From assembly GCA_963741255.1 (NCBI GenBank), contig CAVUHM010000012.1, positions 6,957 to 70,956 on the forward strand: DNA of 64,000 nucleotides, written 5' to 3'. Origin of the DNA: an uncultured Gammaproteobacteria bacterium (lineage in GTDB: Bacteria; Pseudomonadota; Gammaproteobacteria; Steroidobacterales; Rariloculaceae). Each line of letters begins with the position of its first letter. Position 1 is the stretch's first letter. Shown here piece after piece: positions 20,649-30,386 of this stretch. The position numbers and the translations under genes are program-made. The notes under the pieces were generated by a model that saw nothing but the letters and a program-made list of their open reading frames with translations, did no database searches and had not been told where the DNA came from.

Positions 20649-20697
20649 GGTGCCGGTGTTTCGGTTTCGGTTGAACCGTAACACCGGCACTTCGGTT
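20649..20697. repeat. REP-like nested palindrome, copy c
   Basis: The sequence is GGTGCCGGTGTTTCGGTTTCGGTTGAACCGTAACACCGGCACTTCGGTT. It starts 3 nt after the Calx-beta gene stop. Confidence 0.85.
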
Positions 20698-20920
20698 ACT
20701 TGAGCCCAGCCTCTCGTGGGGGGCCGCCCTTCGCCGGCGGACGCCCTTCCCGCCTCCACGCCCCGCAAACCCGCGCCAATCCTTGGCCCTACCTAAGTAG
20801 TGTTTTGCAGGTAGGGGCGGAAATCACTACGAAAGTTGGACGCTGGCCCGTGCTCCGAGGCCTAGATTGCAATCGTCCCCACAACATTTTTTGGACGATT
20901 ACTCGGAGACGAAAAAGACT

Positions 20921-21593
20921 ATGAAGACCCCCAAGGCAACGGCTTTCGGCAGCTACGGCTACGGCTGGCAGCAGCTCTGGAAGTACTTCCTGCACCTGTT
21001 CCTGATCTTCCTCGTGTGCGCGGTGGCCAACGCGCCGGCACAGGGCATGTACGGCGGTCCGGCGTTCGACTCGGCGGGCTTCGTCATGTTGAACGTGCTG
21101 ATCGCGGCCTACTGGATCCTGGTTCTGCCCGTGATCAACTACGGCGGAAACTGGATGTACCTGAGGTTCATGCGCGATGAGCGGGCGAACGTCGCGGACC
21201 TGTTCAGTGGCTTCAAGACGAAGTACCTGAACATCATCCTGGCGAACTTGCTCGTGTTCGCGATCTGCGGCATCGGCTTCTTGCTGCTGATCATCCCCGG
21301 GATCATCTTCGCGTGCCGCCTCGCGTTCGTGCCGTATCTCGTCATGGACAAGGGTCTCGACCCGGTCGCGGCGATCGAGAAGAGCTGGTTCATGACGCGC
21401 GGTCACGGCTGGCGGATCTTCGGCATGTACGTGCTGGCGTTCGTGTTCCTGCGTGGTCGGCTTCTGCCTGCTGATCGTCGGCCTCGTGTTCGCAATCATG
21501 TGGGTCAGCAGCGCGTTCGCGTCGCTGTACCACGCGATCGACGCCGCCGAGCAGGCGCAGTTGAACCAAAACGGTAATCACGGCGCGACCTAA
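20921..21593 (+). pseudogene. DUF975-like polytopic membrane protein (frameshift near 21450)
   Basis: ATG 20921 follows a low-GC leader. The body comes from ORF 20867..21577. After ...GMYVLAFVFL the conserved reading continues in another frame (CVVGFCLLIVGLVFAIMWVSSAFASLYHAI...) to TAA at 21591-21593. Confidence 0.6.
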
Positions 21594-21652
21594 ACCCTCC
21601 CCCGCCGTGGGCATCCCCGGGGGGCCGCGCACGCGGTCCCTCGGGGCATGCT

Positions 21653-22804
21653 TCAAGACTCGTCGATGTCGAGCGCGGTGTCGGTCTCGACACCCGCGTA
21701 GAACACCCAAACGTTTTCGTCGCCGGTGAGCAGCTCGATGTACTTCGGGTGCACGAACAGCGACTCGCGACCCGCGTTGATTTCGCGCAGCACCCCGATC
21801 TCGACGAGCGACTTCAAGTACACCGATGCCGTTTGCCGCTTCACGAGCCCCGCATCGACGATGTTCGAGATTCGGCAATACGGCTGCTTGAACAACAGCT
21901 CGACGAGCTCCCACGTGTAAATCTTCGGCAAGCGGCGATGGATGAACTCGCCGGTGTGGCGCATCAGGTCGCGGATCGCTTTGATCTTTTCCGTCGTCCA
22001 CCACGATGTGTTCTCGATGCTGTCGAGCATATACGTGATCCACGGCGCCCACGCCTGCTTCGTCGTGACCTCGAGCAGCAAGCGGTAGTAGTCGGCCTTG
22101 TTGCGGATGATGTAGCGGCTCAAATACAGGATCGGCGTATCGAGCAGCCCTTGTTGCACGAGATACAGAATGTTCAGCACGCGACCGGTACGGCCGTTGC
22201 CGTCCGCGAACGGATGGATCGCTTCGAATTGGTAGTGCTGCACCGCGCAACGGATCAACGGATCCAAGTCACCGTGCGCAGTCAGGAAATGCTCCCAGTT
22301 CGCGAGCTTGTCGCGAATCACGTCCTTGCCGACCGGCGGCGTGTAGATCACGCCGCCGGTCGCCGTGCTGCGTAACGTCGTGCCGGGCTTCGCGCGCAGA
22401 TCGAGCTTCTCGTCCTTGATCGTGCGGCACACGTCGATCGCGACGTCGACCGTGAGCTTGCCGTGCTGCACCTTGCGCACGCCTTCGAATAATGCGCGGC
22501 GATAACGCAGCGCTTCCTTCGTCGCGGGATCCGCCGCGCGCGCCTCCGGGGCATCGACGTACTCGAGCAGCTTGTCCGTGGTCGTGACGATGTTTTCGAT
22601 CTCGGAGCTCGCCTGCGCTTCGAGCAGCGGCAGCGCATTCGCGAGCACGGCCGCGTTCGGGATCAGCTCCGCGGCTTGCTTCAGCTCCGCGAGCGCAACC
22701 CGCGCGCTGATGCACTTCTTCAGGATCGGCGCCGTCTCGATCCGGTCGAGCGACGGCGGCAGTGGCGGGAGGTCGTTGAAAGGAATCGACGCGTCGAAGG
22801 CCAT
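21653..22804 (-). CDS. Fic family protein with N-terminal inhibitory motif and C-terminal winged-helix-like domain
   Basis: 383-aa intact ORF with the Fic motif HPFADGNGRTGR and the [S/T]xxxE[G/N]-type motif SSEIEN N-terminal of the core. GAGGAG lies before ATG 22804. GC is visibly lower (about 55-60%) than in the neighbours. Confidence 0.9.
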   Translation of the reverse strand: MAFDASIPFNDLPPLPPSLDRIETAPILKKCISARVALAELKQAAELIPNAAVLANALPLLEAQASSEIENIVTTTDKLLEYVDAPEARAADPATKEALRYRRALFEGVRKVQHGKLTVDVAIDVCRTIKDEKLDLRAKPGTTLRSTATGGVIYTPPVGKDVIRDKLANWEHFLTAHGDLDPLIRCAVQHYQFEAIHPFADGNGRTGRVLNILYLVQQGLLDTPILYLSRYIIRNKADYYRLLLEVTTKQAWAPWITYMLDSIENTSWWTTEKIKAIRDLMRHTGEFIHRRLPKIYTWELVELLFKQPYCRISNIVDAGLVKRQTASVYLKSLVEIGVLREINAGRESLFVHPKYIELLTGDENVWVFYAGVETDTALDIDES

Positions 22805-22826
22805 AGGTACGAAACTCCTCGGTTCT

Positions 22827-22979
22827 TCGACACATCGAGGGGATGTGTCGAGGCAATCGACAGATAGATGCTACATGTCGAAAATCTGCGTGATTTTTCG
22901 ACATGTCTGGCCTGTCGGGTCGATCGAATCGACACGTCGCCGCTATATGTCGAAAAACACGCTGATTTTCGACAAGTAT
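22827..22979. promoter_or_regulatory. Array of TGTCGA/TCGACA sites (three palindromes plus half-sites) upstream of fic
   Basis: Three palindromes are present: TCGACACATCgagggGATGTGTCGA (22827-22851), ACATGTCGAAAATCtgcgtGATTTTTCGACATGT (22873-22906), and ATATGTCGAAAAacacgctgaTTTTCGACAAGTAT (22945-22979). Half-sites lie at 22857 and 22929. That makes 8 perfect hexamers in about 150 bp of low-GC DNA. Confidence 0.7.
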
Positions 22980-23037
22980 AGGCCGGCGGCCGCGCCAAAA
23001 GCCGTGAACCAGTTCTCACCGGGCTCGCGGGGGGCTT

Positions 23038-23060
23038 TATTACACAGGCCCAGTGTAATA
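23038..23060. promoter_or_regulatory. Candidate VapB operator palindrome
   Basis: TATTACACaggcccaGTGTAATA ends 8 nt before the vapB ATG at 23068. Confidence 0.5.
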
Positions 23061-23067
23061 TCCGGCC

Positions 23068-23310
23068 ATGCGAAACATCACGATCACGCTCGACGAGAAG
23101 ATCGCGGCTTGGGCTCGTCACCGCGCAGCCGAGCGCGACGTGAGCCTGTCCCGTTTCATCGGTGAGTTGCTCGAGACCACGATGCGCGAGTCTCGTGAGT
23201 ACCGCACGGCGATGCAGTCTTTCCTCGCGCGCCAACCGACCGTTCTGAACGAGCAAGGCGCGCAATATCCGCGTCGCGAAGAGCTGCATGACCGCGACGA
23301 TCTTCGTTGA
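23068..23310 (+). CDS. vapB: Type II antitoxin (RHH/VapB-like)
   Basis: 80-aa ORF starting MRNITITLDEKIAAWARHRAAERDVSLSRFIGELL, which is RHH-like. It overlaps the PIN gene by 23 nt. Confidence 0.75.
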   Translation: MRNITITLDEKIAAWARHRAAERDVSLSRFIGELLETTMRESREYRTAMQSFLARQPTVLNEQGAQYPRREELHDRDDLR

Positions 23311-23800
23311 CACGAACGTGCTGGTGTATGCACGTGACGCCGGCGAGCCGGTGAAGCAACGCATCGCTGCGGAATGGCTTCAAGAGCTCTGGGTCGAGCA
23401 GCGCGGCCGCACGAGCATTCAGGTGCTGACGGAGTACTACACGACCGTCACTCGCAAGCTGCGGCCGGGCCTCGCGGCCGACGCTGCGTGGGACGACGTC
23501 AACGCGTTGTTCGCATGGGAACCGCAGGCGACCGATCGTGCCGTGATCGTGCGTGCACGGGAGATCGAGCGGCTCCACTCGCTGTCGTGGTGGGACTCGA
23601 TGATCGTTGCGGCCGCGCAGATCCAGGACTGCGCGGTATTGCTGTCGGAAGATCTGCAACACGGCTGGACGTGCGGCTCCGTCACGGTACGCAACCCGTT
23701 CGCGGAACGCATCGAGGAAACTCGCGCGAGCTACGCGGCGCGGCACGTTCCGGTGTCGCGGCACCGACGGCGCGGCAGGCCCAAGGCAGCCGCCGGTTAG
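23288..23800 (+). CDS. vapC: PIN-domain toxin (VapC family)
   Basis: 170-aa ORF. The N-terminus IFVDTNVLVYARD has the first acidic PIN residue, and later acidic positions follow (LTEYY, WWDSMIVAAAQ, LLSEDLQHG). Confidence 0.8.
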   Translation: MTATIFVDTNVLVYARDAGEPVKQRIAAEWLQELWVEQRGRTSIQVLTEYYTTVTRKLRPGLAADAAWDDVNALFAWEPQATDRAVIVRAREIERLHSLSWWDSMIVAAAQIQDCAVLLSEDLQHGWTCGSVTVRNPFAERIEETRASYAARHVPVSRHRRRGRPKAAAG

Positions 23801-23811
23801 GATCCGCGGCG

Positions 23812-24732
23812 CTACGCCGCGTCGATGAACGCCCGCATGCGTCTGCGCGCGGTCCTATCCGGCACCGGCGCGAACGCGGCAAGCGCGTTTTCGGCCATGT
23901 GCTCCGCGCTCGTGGTCTCGGTCAGCACGCACGTGATGCTTAAGTTCGTGAAGATGTACTGCAGCGAGAATTGAGCCCAGCTCGTGCACTCGAATTCCGC
24001 TGCCCAGTCCGGCAGCGGCACGTTCTCGAGGCGCTCGAAGTACGCGCCGTTCATGAATGGCCGGCTGATCAGCACTGCGATGCCACGGTCGGCGCAGAGC
24101 GGCAGCAAGCGTCGCTCCGCCTCGCGCTCCGTGACCGAGTAGTTGATCTCGACGAAATCCGGTCGCTCGCGCTGCACGAACGCCTCGAGTCTGTCGTACA
24201 GCGCGGCCTGCGCTGCCGTCACGCCGATATAGCGCGCGCGCCCGTCGTCCTTGAACGCGCGCAGATTCGGCCACTGCGCATCGAGGTCGATCAGGCTGCC
24301 GACGTTCACGAGATCGATCGTCTCGCGTCGATACAGGCGCAGCGTGCGCTCGAAATGCGCGCGCCCGGCCTCCGCGCCTTGCTGCTCCAAGTTGATCGTG
24401 ACGAACAAGCGTTCGCGCAGGTTCGGCGCGCTGATGATCTCGCCGAACGCGGCATCGTTCGTATCGCTGCGCGGCCACGTGTCGATCACGCGGCCGCCGT
24501 GCTCGACGAGCGTGCGGATCACGGCAGCGACGGGCTCCGGCCCACGCTCCGCGATCGCGGTGACGGGGCGCGTCGAGCCCAAGCCCACGATCGGCAGCGT
24601 CTCGCTCGTGCCGGGGATCGTGCGCACCGGCATTGCGCGCGGTTGGGCGACGCTGCCGCGCGTGGCTGTCGTCGCCAGGGTCGCCAGAGCTGTAAGCGCG
24701 AGGAAATCGCGGCGGGTCTGTGTCGATTGCAT
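23812..24732 (-). CDS. Aldo/keto reductase with TAT signal
   Basis: This is the tail of ORF 23812..25068 from ATG 24732. It has the TAT signal MQSTQTRRDFLALTALATLA and an AKR-like body. It is a paralogue of 30387..31313. Confidence 0.8.
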   Translation of the reverse strand: MQSTQTRRDFLALTALATLATTATRGSVAQPRAMPVRTIPGTSETLPIVGLGSTRPVTAIAERGPEPVAAVIRTLVEHGGRVIDTWPRSDTNDAAFGEIISAPNLRERLFVTINLEQQGAEAGRAHFERTLRLYRRETIDLVNVGSLIDLDAQWPNLRAFKDDGRARYIGVTAAQAALYDRLEAFVQRERPDFVEINYSVTEREAERRLLPLCADRGIAVLISRPFMNGAYFERLENVPLPDWAAEFECTSWAQFSLQYIFTNLSITCVLTETTSAEHMAENALAAFAPVPDRTARRRMRAFIDAA

Positions 24733-24770
24733 AGGCCAAGGATACCGTGCCGGTCCGCTCGCGGCAGCGG

Positions 24771-27429
24771 TCAGGTTCGAGATAGATAGTCCCAGAGCGC
24801 GCGGCCGGCGCCGTCGTGGACATCCGTGTTCTCGCCGAACACGCGCCGCGCGACGGCCAATCCCAAGCTGCGATAGCTTTCCCACTGGGCCTGATCGAAA
24901 AACTGATCCGTGGTCGGCTCCTGCGGAAATGCCGGATGCGTCGCGGCGTACTCGTGCACGTCGGCCGGTGCGGACGCGATCACGCGCGGCTTCAAGACGA
25001 CGATGCGACAAAGGCGCGTCGCATGCTCGACGTCGCCTGCGGCGTACACGTTCAGCAGCACTGCGCACTTGTCGTCGCGGCGCATTGGATCACCGCTCGC
25101 GGCCCTCGCGGCGAGCAGCTCCGGCGTCGCGAAAACTTTGCCGAGCTCCGTGTCCTTCACGATGTCGTCGTCGACCTCGACCTCGACGTCGTGGTCGATC
25201 CGCGCCAAGCGCACGAGGTTCGCGAGGTCCTCGAACTTGTACTCGAGGTCGCAGCCGTCATCGCAGACGACGATCAACTTGATGTTCCGGCCGCGCCGAA
25301 GCAGCTCGTAGAGCCCTGTGTTCTCGAAGTGCCCGCCGTCGGACAAGTACTGCCACTCGCGATACAAGCCGTGGAATTTCGCCATGAGCTCGTAGAACAG
25401 GAATACCTGCGTCTTGAACAAGCCCTTGAGCGCCCGCTCGAACCAGCCCGAGCCGTCGTTGCCATAGCCCGACGACCACCACGTGCCGAGCCGCACGTTC
25501 GCGAGGCCGAGCGCGATCGAGACCCCGAGGCTCGTGCTGCGCCCCAAACCCGTCGTGAACGCGGCGCCCGAGGTGCCGATCCATTGGCCGATCGAGAGTT
25601 TTTGGCTGCCGAGCCCGCCGCCGATGCCCTTGTCCAGCTGGTCACGAAAGTCGTAGTGCCAGCGGTCGATCGAGAACCCCGTCGGCAAGATCGCCATCGG
25701 CCGGCCCTTGCGGTCACGCTGTACGAGCTGCTCGGCCGGATCGATGGTTTGGTTCACGGTGACGTTGACGATGTGCAACGGCGCGAGCGTGGCGTAGTAC
25801 TTGTCGCGCGTGAGCTGATCGCCGCTAACCGGCTCCGCGGCGCTCAAGCGCTTGCGATCGCTTTCTTTCTCGATCGGCTTGAAGCGTTCACCGTTCGTGG
25901 CTCCCAGGTACGCGCGCGTCAAACGCGCGCTGTACAGCGATTGCAGGCTCGACAGATTCAGGAATCCCGAGAACCGGCCGGACACGAACGCGAGCAGCAG
26001 CATGGCTGCGAGTGCGATCGCGAGCAGCTCCACCTGAGGGCCGAGCCACGTCGAACAGCTCTGGCCGAGGCACCTCGCCGAACCAGATCAACGCGTGAAA
26101 GCCGAGGCCCCACAGCGTGGCGATCACGAGGAACAACAAGAAGCCCGCGATGCCGGCGATCAGGCCGATCGGAATCTTCGCGAGCAGGCTCGGCACCGCA
26201 TCGCGGTCCGCGAGCCGCGCCAGCGAGCGGAATAGCCAGACACCGCCGCCGGCCAACGCCGCCGGGGACACGATCGTGGAAAGATCCGGGTCGCGCGACC
26301 ACGCGAGATACAGCGACTGGCTCGACGTGTCGACGAGCGCGAGCACGGAGAGGGCAATCAGCAGCTGCAGGCCCGTCGCGAGATGGCGCGTCAGGACCAC
26401 GCGGTGATACGACACGGTCCGTCCCGACGAGCACGTCAGCACGTGCCACGCGAAACCGAGCGCGGTCAGCGCGGCGGCCGCGAACGGCACGACGACGTGC
26501 GGCAGCGGCGCCGTGCGAGCGGCCGCGGCGAGGCCGACGCCGACGGAGATCGCGACGATCGCGAGCGCGGCGAGCGCGGCCTCCGAGAAAATGCGCGCCG
26601 GGCTCGAGTCGTCCTTGCTTCGCTTGGGATGCGTGAGCCAATACGCGATGCTGAGCGGCGCGAGCCAGACCACGAGCACGAGCAATGGCGCGGCGAAGAT
26701 GGGGCTCCACCACACGGTCACGCCACCGGCGGCGGTCGCGTCGCCGAGCAACCATTGCTCGAAACCCGCGTACCCGGGCCACGTAGCTGCGACCGCGAAG
26801 CGCAGGAACAGGATCAACGCGAACGCGGCCGCGATGAACGTTCCGAGCACGTATTGCAGCGAGAACCAATTCCGGATCGCGAGCGCGATCGCGTAGTTCA
26901 TGTCGCCGGCGCTCGTGGGCGCCAGATAGCGGCCGTTCTCGCGCAACCACGCAAGCGCGGATCTCCGCACATGCGGGCGGTCGAGCACGTCCGGCATGCG
27001 GATGCGCCCTGGCGGATCCTGCTGCAGCACGCGATACGCGTCCTCGGCTGCCGCACGCTCGTCGGTGCCCTTCCAAAGCCGGCTCGGCACGAACAAGCTG
27101 CACAGAAACGCGCCGATGTAGCCGCCGCCGCTCACGGTGGACAAGTAATCGAATCGACCGAGCAGCGACTTGTGCGGTTCTCTGCGTATCTCATCGGGAG
27201 TCGCGGCACCGGTGTCGGGTGCCGCTGCGTTCGCCATGCCTTGCAACGCGCCGAGCGCGAACGTCGCGCTGCGAATGCCGCCACCCGACAGTGCGAGACC
27301 GAACGTGGGCGCTACGTCGTCGACGGTGTCGAGCGTCTCGCGCCGCTTCGCGACGCGCGCGGCTTCGTCCTTGAACGTCTTGGTCAGATCGCGGTTCGTC
27401 GTTTCGTCGGCCATGGCGGAGCGATTCAC
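24771..27429 (-). pseudogene. Patatin-like phospholipase split by a large polytopic membrane insertion (one frameshift near 26040-26050)
   Basis: ORF 25888..27429 carries SGGGIRS (oxyanion hole) and STVSGGGY (Ser motif), followed by 7-9 hydrophobic helices. ORF 24771..26033 carries SDGGHFENTG (Asp motif). The pieces join at ...FDVA|GPQVELLAIALAAM. The start is GTG 27429 or ATG 27414. Confidence 0.75.
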
Positions 27430-27430
27430 C

Positions 27431-28189
27431 TCACAGCGTCGCGGCGCCGCGGCGCGGCTTCACGAAAAAGCGCTCCGCGAGATAGCGGCGATCGTAGTTG
27501 CGTACGTCCATGTGAATCCAGGTCGGCGCGATGTCCTTGGGCTCGAGCGCCTTGCGATTGCTCGCGGTCCAGCCGATCTGGAAATTCGCGAGCTCGACGA
27601 GCACGCCGCGCGCCCTCTCGCAGCGAAGCGCATCGTCGCGCTTATCCTCTCCCGCCGCCAGCGGAAAATCGGCGTCGATGGCCTTGCCCATGTGGTTCGT
27701 GGACGTGCGGCCCTTCTGCTCGTTGCTCGTTGAGCAGCGGTAGCCGCTCGAAACCAGCGGCGCCGGAAAACCGGCGCGCTGTAGATGAAAGGCCGCCGCT
27801 CGAAAGCTGTGCAAGATCGCCTTGTGCATGCCGGGATACTCGTACCGGTAGTTCTGCTCGGTCTCGTTACCGGGCATGTACTGGCCTTTGAAACGCTTGC
27901 GGCCGAACCCTTCGCAGCTGCCGCACGGGCAGCGCAGTTTGTCGACCGCGATCGGAAACTCCGCCTCGAACCGCAGCAGCGCGTCGAGCGTCGGTCGGTC
28001 GACCCGACCGGTGGGACTCGGCAAGCGCATGTAGTCGCGCTGAAAGCAGACGACTTGGAGCTCGGTGCCGGGACCGAACTTTCCGTCCCACAGCGTGCCG
28101 CGGAATCCGGCCAGCCGCAGTTGCAGCTCGACGACCGCCGCGCCTTTGTCTCCACGCTGTAGAGGAACCTTGCCGAAGGCCATGGGCAT
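27431..28189 (-). CDS. Peptidoglycan-binding domain + peptidase M15A (endolysin-like zinc D-Ala-D-Ala peptidase), no signal peptide
   Basis: 252-aa ORF with a PG_binding_1-like N-terminus (LQRGDKGAAVVELQLRLAGF...FGPGTELQVVCFQ) and M15A motifs (SGYRC...NHMGKAIDADF...WIHMDVR). Its stop at 27431-27433 abuts the patatin start. Confidence 0.8.
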   Translation of the reverse strand: MPMAFGKVPLQRGDKGAAVVELQLRLAGFRGTLWDGKFGPGTELQVVCFQRDYMRLPSPTGRVDRPTLDALLRFEAEFPIAVDKLRCPCGSCEGFGRKRFKGQYMPGNETEQNYRYEYPGMHKAILHSFRAAAFHLQRAGFPAPLVSSGYRCSTSNEQKGRTSTNHMGKAIDADFPLAAGEDKRDDALRCERARGVLVELANFQIGWTASNRKALEPKDIAPTWIHMDVRNYDRRYLAERFFVKPRRGAATL

Positions 28190-28336
28190 CTCCCATCGCT
28201 TGGGCGCAGGCGCCGGAGTCGTCGTTGTTGTAGATCCGGCGCCTGTTCGTCGATCAACCTAACAGAGCTCGCGGCGCCAATCTGTCAACCACCGGACACT
28301 TACGCGTAGACTCCCTGCATCGACGCTGGGGGGCGT

Positions 28337-30325
28337 ATGCAAACGACGATTCGAACAATCGCGCTGGCGCGAGCGCTGGTGTTTTGCGCCGGGCTCGGCG
28401 TTGCAGCGGCGAATCAAGCCGGTGCGCAGCCGAGCGGACCCGAGCGTCCGTACACGACCTGGCGCAGCTACGGCGGCGGCCCTCACTCCTCGCAGTACTC
28501 GGCGCTCGATCAGGTCGACAAGTCGAATGTCGCGAAGCTTACGGTCGTGTGGGAGTTCCCGGTCGGCGAGCGCAGCTTCGTGTTCAATCCGATCGTCGTC
28601 GACGACACGATGTACGTGCTGGCGCGCGAGAACGAGATCGTGGCGCTCGACGCCGCGACCGGCGCCGAGAAATGGTCGCACCCTCACGAGGGCGGCGTGA
28701 ACGGACGCGGCATCAACTACTGGCAGAGCCGCGACGGCAGCGATCGCCGGCTCGTGTACCTGAATTCCGGCTTCGTGACGGCCCTGAATGCGCGCACGGG
28801 CGAAACGATCGCGAGCTTCGGCGACAACGGCCGCGTCGATCTTCGCACCGCACTCGCCGCGAGCGGCTGGGACATCACGAACGTGCGGCCGCTCGGCAAC
28901 AGCAACCCGGGCCGCATCTACGACAACCTGATGATCGTGTCGTTGCCGGCGCAAGGCGCCGGATACGCGTCGACGCCCGGCAACGTGCAGGCCTACGACG
29001 TCGTCACGGGCAAGCACGTCTGGACGTTCCACGTGATTCCGCACCCCGGCGAGTTCGGCTACGACACGTGGCCGAAGGACGCGTACAAGACTGCCGGCGG
29101 CGTGCACAACTGGGCCGAGTTCACGGTCGACGAGGCGAACGGCATCGCATTCATTCCGTTCGGCACCGCGCGTTACGACTTCTACGGCGGCGATCGCGCC
29201 GGCAACAACCTCTATCGCGAACTCGCTCGTCGCGCTCGACGCGCGGACCGGCAAGCGGCTCTGGCATCAGCAGCTCGTGCACCACGACCTGTGGGACTAC
29301 GATCTACCGCAGGCGCCGAAGCTGCTGACGATTAGGCAGGACGGCCGCGCGCGCGACGTCGTCGCACAAGCGACGAAGCACGGCTTCGTGTTCGTGTTCG
29401 ATCGCAAGACCGGCGAGCCGATCTGGCCGATCGAGGAGCGTCCCGTGCCGCAATCGGACGTGCCCGGTGAGCACACCTCGCCGACGCAGCCGTACCCGAC
29501 GAAACCGGCGCCGTTCGCGACGCAGACGTTCACGGAGCGCGACATCAATCCGCACCTGCCCGCGGCCGAGCAGGAGATCCTCCGGCAGAAGCTCCGCACC
29601 TCGCGCAACGACGGGCTTGTTCACGCCGCCGAGCTTCGAGGGCTCGATCGGCATGCCGGGTCACAACGGCGGAGCGAACTGGGCCGGCTCGGCCGTCGAT
29701 CCGATCAACGGCGAGTTCTATATCGTGTCGAAGAACCTGCCCGTGATGCTGCGCATGGAGCTCACGAACGAGGAGCCGTCGGCGCGCACGGTCCAGGGGC
29801 CCGTCGTCTCGCGCGAGGAAGCCGCCGCGGCGCGCGCGGCCGCGCAGGCCGCCGCCGCGCAAGGCCCGGTGCGCTACCAGGCGCCGTACGACTTCATGCT
29901 GAGCCCGACGAACGGAATGAGTCCGATGGGGCCGCCGTTCTCGCATCTGACCGCCTACGACTTGAACACCGGCGAGATCAAGTGGCGCGTGCCGAACGGC
30001 GGCACGGCGGGCATCGGTGCCGACGTCGGCGCGCATTTCCCGCGCGGCGCACCGCTCGTGACGGCCGGCGGCCTGCTGTTCGTCGCCACTGCGCAAGACC
30101 GCCAGCTGCGCGCTTACGATCGCGACAACGGCAAAGTGCTGTGGTCGTACACGCTGCCGGGCGGGTCGGAAGGCATTCCCGACCACCTACGAGCTTGGCG
30201 GCCGGCAGTACCTCGCGGTACCGGTGGCAGCCGGCGCGGGCTTGTTCGCGCCGCGCCTGAACCCGGCGCCGAGCTACCGCCGCTCGACGCGCTCGTACGT
30301 CGTGTTCGCGCTACCCAGCGGCTAG
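28337..30325 (+). pseudogene. PQQ-dependent dehydrogenase (quinoprotein, 8-bladed propeller), exported (3 frame changes)
   Basis: The pieces come from ORFs 28337..29335, 29277..30260 and 29467..30390 plus a terminal frame ending ...VVFALPSG* at TAG 30323-30325. The junctions at about 29216, 29618 and 30181 each fit a 1-nt insertion. Confidence 0.8.
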
Positions 30326-30337
30326 GCACAAGCCTTG

Positions 30338-30384
30338 GTGCCGGTGTTACGGTTTCGGTTCAACCGAACCGTAACGCCGGCACC
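30338..30384. repeat. REP-like nested palindrome, copy d
   Basis: The sequence is GGTGCCGGTGTTACGGTTTCGGTTCAACCGAACCGTAACGCCGGCACC. It lies between two convergent gene ends. Confidence 0.85.
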
Positions 30385-30386
30385 TC

